From NCBI RefSeq assembly GCF_964194025.1, contig NC_134470.1:37882001-37946000 (forward strand): a DNA stretch of 64,000 nt. Direction: 5' to 3'. Source of the stretch: Convolutriloba macropyga (taxonomy: Eukaryota). A program made the position numbers and the translations under genes. Below the pieces are notes generated by a model that was given only the letters and a program-made list of their open reading frames with translations, had not been told where the DNA came from and ran no database searches. Positions 31,601 through 45,892 of this stretch are shown here, in pieces (within the stretch, counting starts at the first letter, position 1; every line of letters begins with the position of its first letter).

Positions 31601-34600
31601 CAGTGATTTTTGCTACAATTTGGCACAATTTTGCTAATATGATTTAAAATAAGTTGAAAGTTAAAATTTCTAACGCTATAGTGTTATTGTTACCCTTAAA
31701 GAGAGAGGAGCGTTGCTGAATTGTCTGATTAAAGTTTTTTTGTTAAAATTTTTGATATCATTTTCAAAATTCGAACTTTTTTCATCAAAAATGGCACAAA
31801 ATGTGCTTTTTTGGTCTACTTTGCCAGACGTAGTGACGTGGAATCCTTGACAAAGACTTTTTAACCTCCAAAAGAGCACAAGTTGAAATTAGGCGCCCTA
31901 GGAAAGTCTCTAGAATTTCAATTTTGCGGTTTTTGAAGACCAAACACTTGGAAAACTTGCCGGGTTTGTTGGGCGCTCGGCAAAAACCATGGAAAGATTG
32001 GTTATCATGGTTTCTTGCAATCAGATACTTTTTAATTTTTATTTTGGTGATGCCTTTTTTCAATATATTTTGCTGTTGTTTTTTCAATGTAAGTTACTGA
32101 AAAAGTTTTTCATCCACGGCTCCCTTAAGGACAGCTCCAATTTACGTAAAAATATTGCCGAATGTAGATAGAGTTTGTTTTCAAAGAACCTTCAGCTTTT
32201 TATGGCTTTAAGAAAGAGTTTTAGTAAACTTCAACTGAACTCTTGTGTTTTGCTTTCAATTTTTATTCTTTTTGCAGTCTGATTACTAAGTCTAACCACT
32301 CAAAGATCCAAACAGCTTCCTCAAGAGGTGTAGGTGAAACTGTACCATGCATTCGGTTGTTACCTAATGTCGCCTATGTCATTAAAAAAAATCTTTTAAG
32401 AACATTTCAGTGCTTTTTTGAAGTTGCAAACTTTTAAACTCATTTCAGCCACCTTTTTGCTTGTTCTCAAAATACAGGTCAAACTTCCTTCCCTATAGAA
32501 TAGAACCTAATTTTGTGCCGGAGTGTTTTAACAGAACGTTTTCTTGCTTTTAGTACGAGTTTTCAATCTTTTTTGATTTTTTGTGCATAATATCCTATTT
32601 TTGCTGTTGTTATTGATTCTTTGGTAAATTGTCATATTACTTAACAATCTAACTGGAAAAAGCTTCAAAAAATTTGTAACGGAACATTTATTATTTTCAT
32701 AAGATATCATTTTAAGGGCTGCGACACCGTTCTCTCGCAGATTTTGGCCTCTATTTGTTTTTAATTTTTGTTATCGTATGCCAAATATTGGGTAATTAAT
32801 GGTCTCACTGTCCAACTATAGATACATAATTGAACTTAGTTACCGATATCGGTATACAGCTAATGGTTTTATTGACGTTCAAATTCAATTTTTAAAATAA
32901 GAGAAAGTAATCTTCAATTATCCCTTTTTGTTCTGCTTTGCGTGTTTTTTCGTATTTTACAATGTTGATTCAATTTCGTAATTTAGACTTATTACTGAGA
33001 GGTCTCTCTAATGTTTCGCAGAACCAAACGATAAATTTTCTGTGGCTGAAACGTTTTGACTGATGTCTTCAGGGCTTAAATTGTTTCAGAAAAATTGTGA
33101 AATTTAGATACCTTTCTATTTTTGTGGTTATTATTGTTTTCTTTTTGTTATAGTCGTTTCATAAAAAGAGTTGATGATGATCAAAAGAGACGCAAATGAG
33201 TATATTATAATCTCGCGTTAAAATTTTTATAAATTTAATGGCTACGACACTGGTTCCGTTAAGTCGTTGGAATTTTTTTTAAGTTCAGCTTGTATTTAAT
33301 TTTGTGTTTGAATGTGATTTTGTAGTCTTATGACTTGGTCTTACTAATAACAGTCGCTTTTAATTTTTAATGAAGTTGCAAGATAAACTGTCTACTCTTT
33401 TAGTCGAAAGCTTACGTTGGCTATGAATTTTGAAAAAGATTGTCTTCTAAGACAATGGATGTTTGAGATTTGCCAATCTCATTTCTATTTAACTTGTAGC
33501 TTAGCATCTCCATAGACAACTCAACATCCGTTATCCACTGATCTGCATTTTGCTCTTCATAGCAGTTTTATTTTCCTCAAATTGTCCTTGTTCTTGGTAC
33601 ACCCATTTTTCATAAAATATTTGTGATTTTGCACCTTTTTTCTAGGTTTTTGTTTTCGTTTCACGGTATCACAATGACGGGCGGTCCTCTTGTCATTTGA
33701 AACAAAAACGCAATCAATGATTTAAAATGTTTTCAGTGAACAGCTTTATGTTTAATTGGCTGGGACATTGTTCTCGTGCAATTTTTTTAATCAGATCTTT
33801 TTTTGTTAGTCATATTATGGTAGTCACAGGTCTCATAGACCCTCTAAGGTAGATTGCTTTTTCATTTAGTAGTTTGCTGAATATGTTTATATGTTTTTTT
33901 CTCTTCCTCATTTGGTAGACAATTAAGTGAAAAATGTAGATGAGCGGGGTCGGAACTTTATGTGCGAACGCACATTTTAGAGCCTCCTTGTCTTATCTAC
34001 CTCATTAGATTGCTCCGACAAACAAGAAATTTGTTCAAATTTGGCTGAAATAGTGCCGAAAGCTATATTACTGCTCCAAATAATATTTAGGAAACCGTCC
34101 GGTTAAAGTATTTCGCGTCTGACGTAAAAAAAGCTCTCTCAATGAATTACATCGGTGGTCACATCAAAATTAGACCTAGGACCTGACACTTTGATAACAA
34201 CGCATTACAAAAATCGTCTCTGGAAACTTCTTTTAGCCTGGTGTGAATATTGGTTCAAACACAAACAAATTAAAATAAACAAAATAAACAACGCTAATAA
34301 ATAATGAAAGTTTCAGTCAAATATAACGTCAACTGCTCTAAAACTATTCCCATTGTTTTATCAATTCATCACGCCCGTTTTCAGTTTTTTGCATTTAATC
34401 TCGTGAAGACAAAGCATTTACTTCGCTAATTGTGATTGCATACCATATTTAAGGAAAAAGTCTTAATTCGTCAACGGACACTACCTTTCTTCCACTTAAC
34501 TTAAACAATATTTATGCAAAAAAAATTTTCAGCACAACATACAAATAACTTTCACCTCGACGTGAAAAATGCGATGTTTGCTATCAAATAAATAAATAGA

Positions 34601-34695
34601 TGTGTTCACAAGAAACAATGCACCCAAAAAACTTTTCTCTCGCTCGTTAGGTCGGAAAACGTGCAGGGCAAAATGAAATGAGAAGGGCACTAAAT

Positions 34696-34901
34696 TTATT
34701 TCATATTTGGTGGTTTCTTTCCAATGAGGGACTTGTGGATGTGTGGGATAACTCCGCCACCCGCAATCGTGGCTTTGATCAGCGTGTCAAGCTCCTCATC
34801 TCCTCTTATCGCCAGCTGCAGGTGCCTCGGCGTGATTCTCTTTACCTTGAGATCCTTACTCGCATTGCCAGCCAGCTCAAGCACTTCAGCTGTCAGATAT
34901 T
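34696..34901 (-). CDS. H2A.Z: Histone H2A.Z, exon 2
   Basis: [63 protein letters not shown]. Pyrimidine tract and TAG acceptor at 34902-34904. Confidence 0.97.
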
Positions 34902-35087
34902 CTATAAAAAAGAAAAATAGTCCCAAATAAACAGAAGATCTCGCGATACATCATCTTTGACTATGAGAACAATGACTACAAAATGGTATTGGTTGCTAGA
35001 GAAACGTTCAAATTTCAAAGACTTTTAAAGCAAAAAAATTGGTAGGCAAAAGCTTTTTACCCAGTGGTTACAATAATAACAACTAGC

Positions 35088-35268
35088 CTAAAATAGCGGC
35101 ACTGTACACCGCAGCTGTTGCCCCCACCCTACCCTGTGACGTCATCATGGACTTTAGGAATCTGTGGATTCGACCTACTGGGAACTGCAAACCCGCTCTG
35201 TGAGACCTCGAAATGCCCGGCCTCTTTACCTTTCCCGTAGCCGACTTTCCAGACTTCCCGCCTGGCAT
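35088..35268 (-). CDS. H2A.Z: Histone H2A.Z, exon 1
   Basis: MPGGKSGK...[13 protein letters not shown]...[16 protein letters not shown] phase-1 GC donor (AG|GCTAGT) restores AAILEYL; the spliced product is 128 aa. Confidence 0.93.
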
Positions 35269-35829
35269 CTCTTCGCAAGGATATCGACTCACTGGGCAAA
35301 TCAAACACGATTTATATCAAAGTCAATCAGCATAAGCAACACAATGCATCTGAAATGCAAAATATTATCGAATGTTCTGATCCACACATTTTTTTCAAAT
35401 ATGAGCATGATATAGCGCGACGAGTTAGTTGACTACGATTCAGGGCCGCGTACAGTATGGGACAAAATGAATATAAAAATAAATCAGTAGAAAACCATTT
35501 TGAGGAAAGATGTGTTGCATGCACCAAATCGATTGCGTAAAGTAAGAAATTAGATTGGGAGCTCAAACATCAAATGAACTGCTAAAAAAGTGAAACTTTT
35601 TATATTACTGATAATTTTGACTAAATTATGCGCCCAACTTTGGAATAGAACATCTTAAATTGGCCCCGGTAGTGGCCGGCCTTAAATTGAGAGGCTGGTC
35701 TTTGTAGTGGCTAGCTTAAGCTTGGGTAGGCTTGTTGAAGTTGTCGCACGCAGCTGCAATTCGCAGTCAATTTTGGCTGGATACAGGCGCTTATTGCCGT
35801 TTTTAACTGGTACCCTAGTTGCATTGGTA

Positions 35830-35844
35830 TCATAAAAATAATAA

Positions 35845-35875
<31 letters not shown>

Positions 35876-36440
35876 AAAAATAATAATAATAATAATAACA
35901 ATAGAAATATTAGTAGTAGTGGGTGACTGCCTATCCACAACTTGCTATCCACAACGTCGACCTTTCTGCAACTACGCCATGGCGAAAGACATGCGGTCCC
36001 CGGGTTAGGGGGAACAGGAGGCGCATCGTCAACATCAGGGGAAAGCGGCTAGGATGGCGGATTATTCTGTGCAGTTTGGTCGTGTAGCACTGATGGTATT
36101 AAGTCCAGCCATTTGGCTACCTCAACTGGTCTTTCCCACAGGTCAATCACTTTCAGGTCAGTGGGGTTCTTACTGAAAATGTGGTTTACGTAACGTGGTG
36201 CTACATCACATTTCGGAGAGCGGTTATCAACATTGTCACAGACCCTACTCAGGTTAAGATTCTAGCAGGGGCGAGTATCCAGTTATCAGTTCTGCCAATC
36301 AGATACGTGCAATTCGTGGCAGCATTTGTTCTTCATCTTCTGCTATCATTGGTTGAGGTGTACCTAGTTGCTTGCTGTCTTTGTTCAACTAAGTATGGAC
36401 CGTGTGCCGATGGAATTTTGAGCGCATTTTTGTATTCTTT
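35830..36440 (-). mobile_element. 3' fragment of an I/Ingi-like LINE ending in a (TAT)n tail
   Basis: Minus-strand remnants LPRIAR.LAELITGYSPLL, SPKCD..YVNHIF and PTDLKVIDLWERPVEVAKWL, then a 3' UTR and the (ATA)n microsatellite at 35838-35898. Confidence 0.55.
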
Positions 36441-39246
36441 GTGATTTAATTGCTTTATTGTTTGTGTGTTGTTTCACGCAAGTATCATTTAGTGTCAGCC
36501 TCGTGTGACGAAAACTGGTTGAAGACTGCTTGAAAACTGGTTCTCAAGTATGGACGCCTCTAAGCGGCAGAACTACGAGCGAGCAACCGCTCCCAGGATC
36601 CATACACACTGTACAGAGTGCGAGAAACGGGTTTTTGCGGCAGGATCAGGCAAGCCCGGTCTCTCTGGTCCCTAGAATGCATTTGGATAGGCTTGTCTCG
36701 CAGATGGTTGTTGCCGCAGGGAGAAAAATTGGCGGTAGCAAGAAATGTGGAGAGCGTGTTTTCAATATCGACCTTAAACGGCGCGTTTAAGCTTCTTCAA
36801 AAGTTCCGGCCAATTGTGCACGTAACTCGAACAGAACGCCACGATTGTTTGAAGCCTTAGAGCTTTACCCCTTTATCTCGACGAAATTTCACATGGGTCA
36901 GATGAAAAGTTGCTTCAAAAAACCAGCAGCATTGATATAATTGCTCAGACCACCGTTTGACAGCAATAAATCAACTAAGCAGATGAAATGCAAAAATTGG
37001 GTTCTAGAAACATTTCAGAAACACTTCTTCAAGCACTGTCCCAAAAACGTCACAAGACATGGATAAGGAAAAGGTCACTAGATACCAAAATCTAGAAAAT
37101 TGTAACAAAAAACTAGAACATGCTATTAAAAAATAAACCCTCAATTCAATATCTTTTCAAACAGTTACACTTATACATCAGGAAGCGATAAACTTCTACA
37201 ATTTGTACTATATTTCACCCCTCAACAATCTAAAAAATAATTAATATTTCGTGGTTGGAAAGATCATGGGAAATACATGAAGAATTGATAAGTCTCCGGC
37301 AGCTCAATTATTGATATTTAATTGGTCCAAGAATTGCCCAATATATGGAAGGTTTACTTAATTCGGCTAGACAAGACTCGTAAAGAATTTGCAACATATA
37401 ATTTCATTGAAACCCTGGAATCAAAACAACGGTCATCTCCTATATTGATAATTTCAAATTTTTCGAAAAAAAACTGCTGTAACCGCCACAATTTAGTGCA
37501 CCATTACGTCGCCAATCCTCTATATTCAGCGGAGTCCGCATTTGCCAACACGCGTGGTAATCTTTTATCACTTCATTTCGCGTTGTATACAATTGGTTAA
37601 ATTGTGAACAACAGCGACAAGAAAAGCAGCAGATAATTGTTACAAAATTCCGTTCATTTACAAGTGACATCAAAGTTGCGGACAATAGCGACCAGGACAA
37701 TAGTCACAAACACATCAAATGCGAAAATTAGTAACGTTTAAACCGCGGAAAGTATTTACCTTAGAGGGAAAATTAGGGACGTAATTCTGCGGATGACATT
37801 GACTAAAATCTGTCCGCCTGTCTCGCGCGCCATCAAATTCCTCAATCGCGGACATTTGTGACAGTCCTTCAAATTTGAGCAAATTTGAATAGTTTCCATC
37901 GAAACACTAAAAAAGCCCTATCTTAAAACATGGGAGAGCGGACAACGCTGACTTCAGCAGTCAAATTTGCTTGCTCAAAATGTAGGATTGGCGGCGTAAT
38001 GACTGATTAGCTCAAACTCTATCCGTAATATTAGCAAAATCCGAAATTTCCCACAAGAAGATTGTCAGTTGTTGCAATAAAAGTTAAAAACTACCATTAA
38101 TCTTAAGTTCAGAGCCACCAAACAAGGTCAATGAGGACTGTTTCGCTGCTTATGCAATTTTACAAAATTTCCATCAAAAACACAAAATTGAGAAGGCTGC
38201 TTTTCTGTATTGCCTAAAGCGCCATTCAGATCATGAAATGTGTTCAAGATTGGCAAAAGCGCACTGAAACAATTTGAGCAAAACTTTAACGATTAAGAAG
38301 CGCCCTTCACACCATGAAATAGTCTCCTAAAAACAGTTTCGGTTAATTGCATATTGAGAGACTGCTAAGGCGTAAGCTCTAAGAGGGCTGCTCGGACACC
38401 TAATGCCCTCCAGTCTTTATGTGCTTATCCCATTTTTGAGTACAATAAGTTAAGAAAAGCTGACACGAAAAATCAGTCGAGCGAAAAATTATAATTGAGG
38501 CCGCAGGATAAATATAATTGCTACAAATATCGTTTAAAACCAATTAATAAACTTTGAAATTCCGAAACAATCAACCAAGCAATTTCAGTGAGACGAAAAC
38601 AATATTAAGTAAAACCGTCGGCTGTGCTTGAAAAAAGAGTTTAATGAGCCATTGCACAAAAATCTTTATCTAAAAAATAATCTGTATCCTCGAAAAATTA
38701 CCTATTCCGTGAAATATAATACACAAAGCTCAGAAAACGAACATCTGATTTTCCATTTATACGCAACATGGTCGATGCATTACTTTTTTTTCGTGTACAG
38801 TTCGTAGTGAGTTTGGAACATAAGATGCATTAAAATAGGAAAAATACCGCCTCTAGCTTTACCTTTAGTCAAAAACAATATATCGTTCATAAACTAGTCA
38901 ATCGGAATTTCAATCAGGTCTTTATTTAATAAATATACCTGGCAAATTGCCAGAAATAGCCGCAATAGCTTCATAGATCTGTAGTCCCAAAAAAGGAAGT
39001 AAAAAAAGACAGACCAAGAAACTTATTCTTTTCATTAAGGGCTGAGATGTTAAACTTTGATTAAGAATCGGTATAACTTATTGCTGTTTCTAATAGATGC
39101 TCTTCAACAACCTTCAATTAGAGTGACAAGCACTCATTTAACCTTATCTTTGAATTAAATTTAAAAAGTCAATTTCAGGGTGGGGCCGAGAAAGTCACGT
39201 TTGACCAAAATTATTTGATCACGCGAATGAACAACAAAAATCGCTC

Positions 39247-39424
39247 GGATCTTTTCCGTTTGTGCCCCCCCCCCCCCCCCCCCAGTACGTTATGCGCCCC
39301 CCCCCCCCGTTACAGAGCACGTGCCATTACATAGTAAATCACTATGCAAAAATGTTGCACGTGCGTCTGGGGGGTGCAAATAATATGCGCCCACTAAGCT
39401 GGGGGGCACAAACGGAAAAGATCC
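39247..39424. mobile_element. Merlin-like MITE, copy 1
   Basis: TIR GGATCTTTTCCGTTTGTGCCCCCC. 8-bp TSD AATCGCTC at 39239-39246 and 39425-39432. Confidence 0.8.
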
Positions 39425-39944
39425 AATCGCTCCATTAAGAGTGAAAAAAGACGTCACGAACGCAATTCAGTTGAAATTGCATGAAAGAACGAACAAAAAG
39501 CAGATTTGAAGTGGTTATGACGTCATATGGTCGTAACAAAAATCTTGACGAGGAATTAAAAAAACTTAGCAGGACAAGTCTTGAAGTACAATTAAAAGAA
39601 TTGTCATTTACTTAACAAAAAACTAGGCCTAGAATGAACTATGTATGGATTGGGAAAACAATTCAGAAAAAAAATCCGATCCAAAAATCAAAAAAAAACC
39701 AGTAAAACTCAAAGCGAAATTGCCGCATGTGAACAAAAAATTATTAGCGAGAAAGCGAATTTTTGTTCAACCACCGTTTTCTCTCTACTTTAAAATTAGA
39801 GTGAAAAAAATTCACGCCGAAAAATCACTCGCTTTTTCGCTCCATTTTCTGCTTCGGCGTGACCAAAATCACTACTCCAATTTGACTGGATGAGACTACT
39901 CCAAAAATCATGAAAATGTGTGAACAGATCTCGCGGAAAAAGAC

Positions 39945-40150
39945 AGTAGTAAAGGAAAGTGACTAGAACCTCAACGGGGGGGGGGGGGGGTCAATTTTTG
40001 TAACGCACATCTACAAGGGGGGGGGGGCAAAAATTGTCCTCGCCACCCCGTTGAGGTTTGAAGTGTCCACCACCCCCCCCCCCCCCGTTGTAGATGCGCG
40101 TCGCAAAATTTGACCCCCCGTTGAGGTTCTAGTCACTTTCCTTTACTACT
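39945..40150. mobile_element. Palindromic MITE with AGTAGT...ACTACT termini
   Basis: Perfect TIR AGTAGTAAAGGAAAGTGACTAGAACCTCAACGGGGGG, continuing imperfectly to ~75 bp. Flanked by GAC/GAC inside a Helentron-type repeat whose empty site reads aaaagacagcgc (30321). Confidence 0.8.
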
Positions 40151-42539
40151 GACAGCGCACCAGTACAATTCAAATTCTTTGAAATGAAAAAAAACAAGAG
40201 AAGGCCAATAATAGCCTCAGCTATCGCTTCGCGGTTATTAAAAATCATATAATTTGTCCTTTTCGAGCTAGTTTTCGATCTCTTTGACCTGCCAGAGAAA
40301 AGAAGTGGAAGCAGGAAATTTGCACGAAGCAAGAAGATTAAAATGTAAAAAAAAATCAAATCCACTCATGGTCCAAACTATATGTGGAGCCCTCAGTCCA
40401 AGTCTCTACGGTAACTCTGTAAGAAATATCCATTTTCAAAACTCGTGTTCCCTCCAAGCGCACTTATCGATTAAAAACCAACTTCCTTAAAATATACTCT
40501 TACATATATACTCTTGATGTTTACTCAAAACAAACAGTTCTTTTATTGAAATGTTTGGCCACTCGGAAGATACTGGCGTCTTTCGGTAAATAGTCAGCCT
40601 ATGTAGTCCATCGGATAAGCAGACAGATCTAGATATTTAGATTCGGCGTAAATAGGAAGGAGGCAGATTTATTGGCGTTTACTAACAGCCATCTTAGCAG
40701 CTGGAGAAATAAGTTTTTCAGCGTTTTTAGTCAAATCGCAAATTTTGCGTATAGCTATATTTTAAAACTTTTTTTACGCATGCAATTAAAATGTGCTCTT
40801 TTTGACCCACAACTAGCACGTTCCCTGTGGCAAACCGTTATGCTTGACCACTCAACTTGTTTTGTTTTTTAGCTTCATTAAGCCTAACTGATCAACAGAG
40901 AGCAGAGATGTCAGTAGTAAATTCGCGGCAGTACTTGCAAATTGCAGCGCAAAACTTTGACGCACTGTTACCGAGGAATGTATTCCCCTAGCGTATTCCT
41001 AAAAACCTAAGTAACAGATGGTCAAATAATATCATCTATTCTTTCATTAGGTTCTTTCAAGCCCATAAATTGCGTTTTGTCTAAATTAAGCAATTGTTTG
41101 TTTCGCCAAAATAATGTCAACAATTCAATTATTTTTCTAATATAAAACTTGTGGCATTATAAATTTCTAATGACGTGCCAAAAATCATTTACATTTTGCA
41201 TTACCACTTAACTATTAGTATTTAAGCACATAGATAGATTAATTATTTACGTAAGGAAAGGTTATGGTCCAGATATCACCTCCAATTTAAGTAAACCGTA
41301 CTCATTTTGATCAACTACAAAAAAGGTCAATATGAGCCCGCTCAGCTATTGCAGCTAAAAGAGATTGGCTTTTTGTTGGTTGCATGGTGAATATTGATCT
41401 CGCAACTCCGCAGACAAATTAATTCAATTATAAACGTCAGCAAGACTAATGACAAAAACACTTTTGCGGGATAGTTTTGAGTGATCTTGCGTAATGGTGG
41501 TTAACACGTTTCAGACCCAATTGGAGCTTTATCTACAATGGTAACCAGCTTTTGCACCATTCATTTCACACCAATTTATTCACCCCGCTGTCATTTCATT
41601 CAATTAAATTTTTCAAATATAAATCGGACTGATAAATTAGCAAAATAGTTTCTTAGCCATGCCTTTCGTGCCATGGCCATGCCTCAGCAGCCAATAATAT
41701 CACGAGTTAATCACTCAATTACACAACAATCATTTCACAACAGAGATCACACTTGGGCGAAAGTCCCGTTCTCGAATGTCTCTGAAGATTAGATAAAGTT
41801 TCAGCTTAAATTTAATAAACAAACGCTTAAAATAATTGAAAAGTTTGAAACTTAAGAAATTTGGAACAAAACCTACAAAACAGAAGTTTGGAAAATTTAA
41901 CTAACGTTAATTGAAAACTTTCACTACAACTTTATGATTTCCTGAAAAAAAGCTATCTAGAAGACTGACAAAAAGTTTGGGACTAGACATGAAACGATCA
42001 CAGTCGAACATGGGATTAAGTTATCCGCTTAATTGTGACAAAACATGCATGCAATGACGACTGTTAATTGGCGAGGTGAAATGATAGAGGGGTTAAATGT
42101 CATGGGGTTGATGTGTGAGGTTCAATGAATCGGTGGGATGAGTAGACCCGTCAACAATACATCGATCTTTGTTATGCTGAAATGAACTGTTAACCTTAAA
42201 TGAATTGAACAAAAATTTCTCAATCCAACGATATGAGAACTCTTTGTTTTTTATTTCAATGGGAAAGAATTGTAAATTTTCAGACATGAGCAAACCGTAA
42301 TTGTATATTGATATTAGGTCAAAGGAGCCATTTGATTTGACAAAGTTTTTCTTTCTTGATTTCAAACTTGGATATCAAAATAGTAGGACATTAAAACAAC
42401 ATAAATCTTTGAAAACTGACGGAATGCTTGAATGATCATAAGAACATAGATGCAAAAGACTACTCCAGAACAAATAACATAGGCCTAAGAGAGATGCGAT
42501 ACCGGTAGGACATAAAAAATATGAGACGATAGAAATCAA

Positions 42540-43041
42540 AAACACAGCTGGCAGATTGTCAGAAAATAGCCGCAATAGCTTCGTAGATCTCCAGTCTCGA
42601 AAAACAGTAAAAAAAAGAGACCAAAAAATTCGTCTTTTCATTGAAGGCTGATATGTTATTTTTTGATTAAAGGTCTGTTTAAATTTTTGCTGCCTCTATT
42701 AGCTGCACTCAGATAACCTTCATTTAGAGTGACACACACCCTTTTGACCTTATCTCTTTGAATTAAAGTAAATAGAAGTCAATTTCAAAGTGAGGAAGTC
42801 ATTTTTGAGAGTGAGGAAAATCAAGTGTGACCAAAAATTTAATCACGCGAATGAACAAAAAAACTCGCTCCACTAAGAGCAAAAAACGACGTCACGTACC
42901 CACTTCAGTTGAAATTCCATGAACGAATGAACAAAACGAAGATTCGAAGTGGTTGAGAAGTCATATGGTCGTAACGAAAATCGCGCAACAAAAACCAAGA
43001 GAAGGCCAATAATAGCTCCAGCTATCGCTTTGCGGCTATTA
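42540..43041 (-). mobile_element. Non-autonomous Helentron-type element
   Basis: Has the stem-loop plus subTIR end and the inverted-repeat end seen in the other copies. Confidence 0.6.
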
Positions 43042-43507
43042 AAAAGGTTTTGAACGCCAGCTTTTTGCCAATGCTTTTTGGACTGTCAGATAATTTCCGT
43101 TGAAAAACACAGAATTTATAAAGTGGGGAACCTAAACGGATCCAAAACCAAACCTTAAATAACCACTTTTTACATTTGATTAACTGGTCGCGAGACAACA
43201 AGCCATAAAACTGCTCAGCTTTGATAGAGGTGATAAAGAGACAATGTCTTGTAAAAAAAAAAGCAATGAGTTTAATTACCGTGAGACCAGCACTTCCCGC
43301 TCCTCGTCTGTCGGGTGCAGAAGCCCCTGGTGGCAAAGCGGCTATTAAAATACGCAACAAGAAGCCTCGCTCGTTCTGTTTACCTATATTGTGCTGTAAT
43401 GAAGCACGAGCACTAAGTTCGATTTTTTTCATTGAAAATTTTGATAGTGCTTGATCAAACTTTTTCTATTACTCTTTGAGAATTAAGAGATCTTTTTTAG
43501 CCATCCA

Positions 43508-44046
43508 AAAACATACCCGGCAGATTGCCGGAAAATAGCCGCCGTTGATTCCAATAAGCATGATTGGGATTGAAATAACAGAAGATATTGAAAAAGAAAG
43601 ATTTTTGTACAAAAACATTTTTTTAAGTCCGATTTATTTTGAAGGCATTTCGTAGTTGAACATACTTGTTTCTTAGAGAGAGGCTACAGGGGCTCCTATC
43701 AATAACAATAAGCATTAGAGATGGTAAATAAGACTTATAGGAACGACGTTCAAATAGCGGGCATCTAAAATTGGGCTTTATGGGTTTATCCCGTTTCTAT
43801 TTCTGACATCCATTTTTGTACTAACTCTGTTCATTTTGAATTGCTTTGCTGAGCAACTGATGTTCAAAATCACTTTTAGCAGAATGAGAGAAGAGAGAAA
43901 CTAGCCTAGAGACGTCAAAAAGATTTCACGCAAAATGTTGAAAAGGCGGCAAAATGAGGTAAAGCGAAACATTTTTTTATTCGACGAAGTAAAAAAAAAA
44001 ATAGGAGCGCTATAATAGCCGGCTGAGAAGATGAGGGCGGCTATTA
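43508..44046 (-). mobile_element. Non-autonomous Helentron-type element
   Basis: Close match to 61707-62585 without the internal duplication. Confidence 0.75.
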
Positions 44047-45610
44047 ATCAAATTGATTAATTCTGATTCAAAGTTAACGGTTTTTCATACTCTGATGTTT
44101 TTACCACGAACGGCTTAGTAAAAAAATGGTAAATGTGGCTGCAGAAGTTACAATAGTTGTGAAACAATTTTTTCTATTAATTGTCAATTAAAACGATTTC
44201 TATTAATTGTCAATTATAATTGTCAACAGATGCGTATGAGACTTTGACAATTTACTAAAAATTACTCAATCTAAATAATTTATATATCAGCCTTCTTCTT
44301 CACATCATGAGAGATGTTTTTTCTATGTGACCATTATGAATTGTTATCTTATGGTTCTATAAAAATTGACTTTTTGAAAACAGAAAATTGAGGCGGTATA
44401 TCAAATAGAAAAACGGCTTATCACACTGAGGCAGAACGGGTAACAAAAATTGTTTCAGATTGGTATAAGCTCATGGAGATTGCCTGCTTAGAAACGACCT
44501 TTCTTTGTCAAAACAGAATATTTTACATTTTAAATTTTGTTCTGACATGATATCTCTATTTTGCTCTGTTTTCCTTCTTTTTGATGGATATTTTGAAATT
44601 TTAATTGAAGCAATTTAAAACCATTCGCACTTCAATTGTTCTGGCTGTTTGTTTTCAGGAAACTAATTTTACAATTCAAAACAATTTATTTTAAATTCGT
44701 CTTTCTGTCCGAAACAAAAAAATTAAGGGGTCTGAAATGCTTTCTACTGAAAGATGTCGTCTTCCTTTAGACCCTTCTTGTTCAGAGCGTATGGTTCTAT
44801 CAAAATTGATTTTTTGAGCATTTTTTTGTCGATTTGATTTGATTGATTACATCAAAAATTATGAAGATTTTTACTGCAGCCAAAAATAACCCAGATAATA
44901 TGAAATGTTAAATAATTAAAAATTTAAAGACACGCTGACCAAATTATAGCGCTTTATGTCAAAGCTAAACATGAACACCTGATGTCGGGCGAATTGCTCT
45001 CGAAAAACTGACCTTGGCTCGATTCTGTTGCAGCCGAAAGAAGACACACATGACTACAATTCGAGAAGTATTTGTATGAAATACCCCCACACAAACAGCT
45101 GCCAAACTGCCAGAAAATACCCACGATAGCGTTGTAGATCTACAGTATCAAAAAGGTTAAGAGATGGAAAGACATTAATATTCCTTTTATTAATTGCTGA
45201 TATGCTATATTTGGCTAACGAATCTGTAATTAATAACCAATAAAATTAATAACCATTGAAACACTCAAGGGCAAAAATTTCCAACTTCAGAGTTTTTGGA
45301 TCTCATATCAAACAGTTGATTACAAATGAATGATTTCATTTAAAAAAAGCTGCTGATAGGCAAGACTAAATTTTAAGGCCAACATAAATTTCAAACAACA
45401 AATTTAAGTAAATAATAAAGACAAAGACTATCTATTTGACAGTGACTTGAAAACTTTTTGATAGAAAGTGTAAGTCAACAAAAACAGCTGCTAAAAAACT
45501 CAGTGATTCATGGTAACGCTTAATACAACTAGCTTCCATGTTAACCAACTTTTGATGTTTAAATCTGAACTCCTATATCTTAAGCTGAAATTTGCAGGTT
45601 CGTGTGCCGC

Positions 45611-45892
45611 TTAAACTGACATTTGCAGGTTTGTGTGCTGTATCTTATGATGCTTCATTGCACCAGCCTTCGATGCAAATTGCTTCTGGCAAACGGAGCA
45701 GCTAAACTTTCCAGACCCATCTGTTGCAGCAATAACGGCTGCCGAATTTCCTGAAACTGCTGAGGCCGAATCCATAGGCTCTGGTTTTACTGGATCCATT
45801 TCTGCAGCTACTTCATGGCTCTCATCGCCGACTTCGGCAGTTGGTTGTACTTCGTTCACGATAAGGTGATTGTTGTTATCGTCACTCTGACC
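45611..45892 (-). CDS. Terminal exon with C2H2 zinc finger, probably of host gene B
   Basis: Acceptor tcattatag|GT CAG (phase 1), VKPEP motif and FSCSVCQKQFASKAGAMKHHKIQH. Phase matches the donor at 63014. Confidence 0.75.
   Translation of the reverse strand, partial: GQSDDNNNHLIVNEVQPTAEVGDESHEVAAEMDPVKPEPMDSASAVSGNSAAVIAATDGSGKFSCSVCQKQFASKAGAMKHHKIQHTNLQMSV

Noticed and set aside
31400-33900. Local switch to a T-rich plus strand as a distinct element
   Set aside because: I could not identify termini, a TSD or coding remnants.
35711-35938. Poly-Ile membrane protein ORF
   Set aside because: It is a translation of the (TAT)n microsatellite tail.
37440-42365. Possible extra minus-strand exons (about 37760-37836 and 42093-42176)
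   Set aside because: Splice-like signals are present but there is no recognisable homology or consistent gene model.
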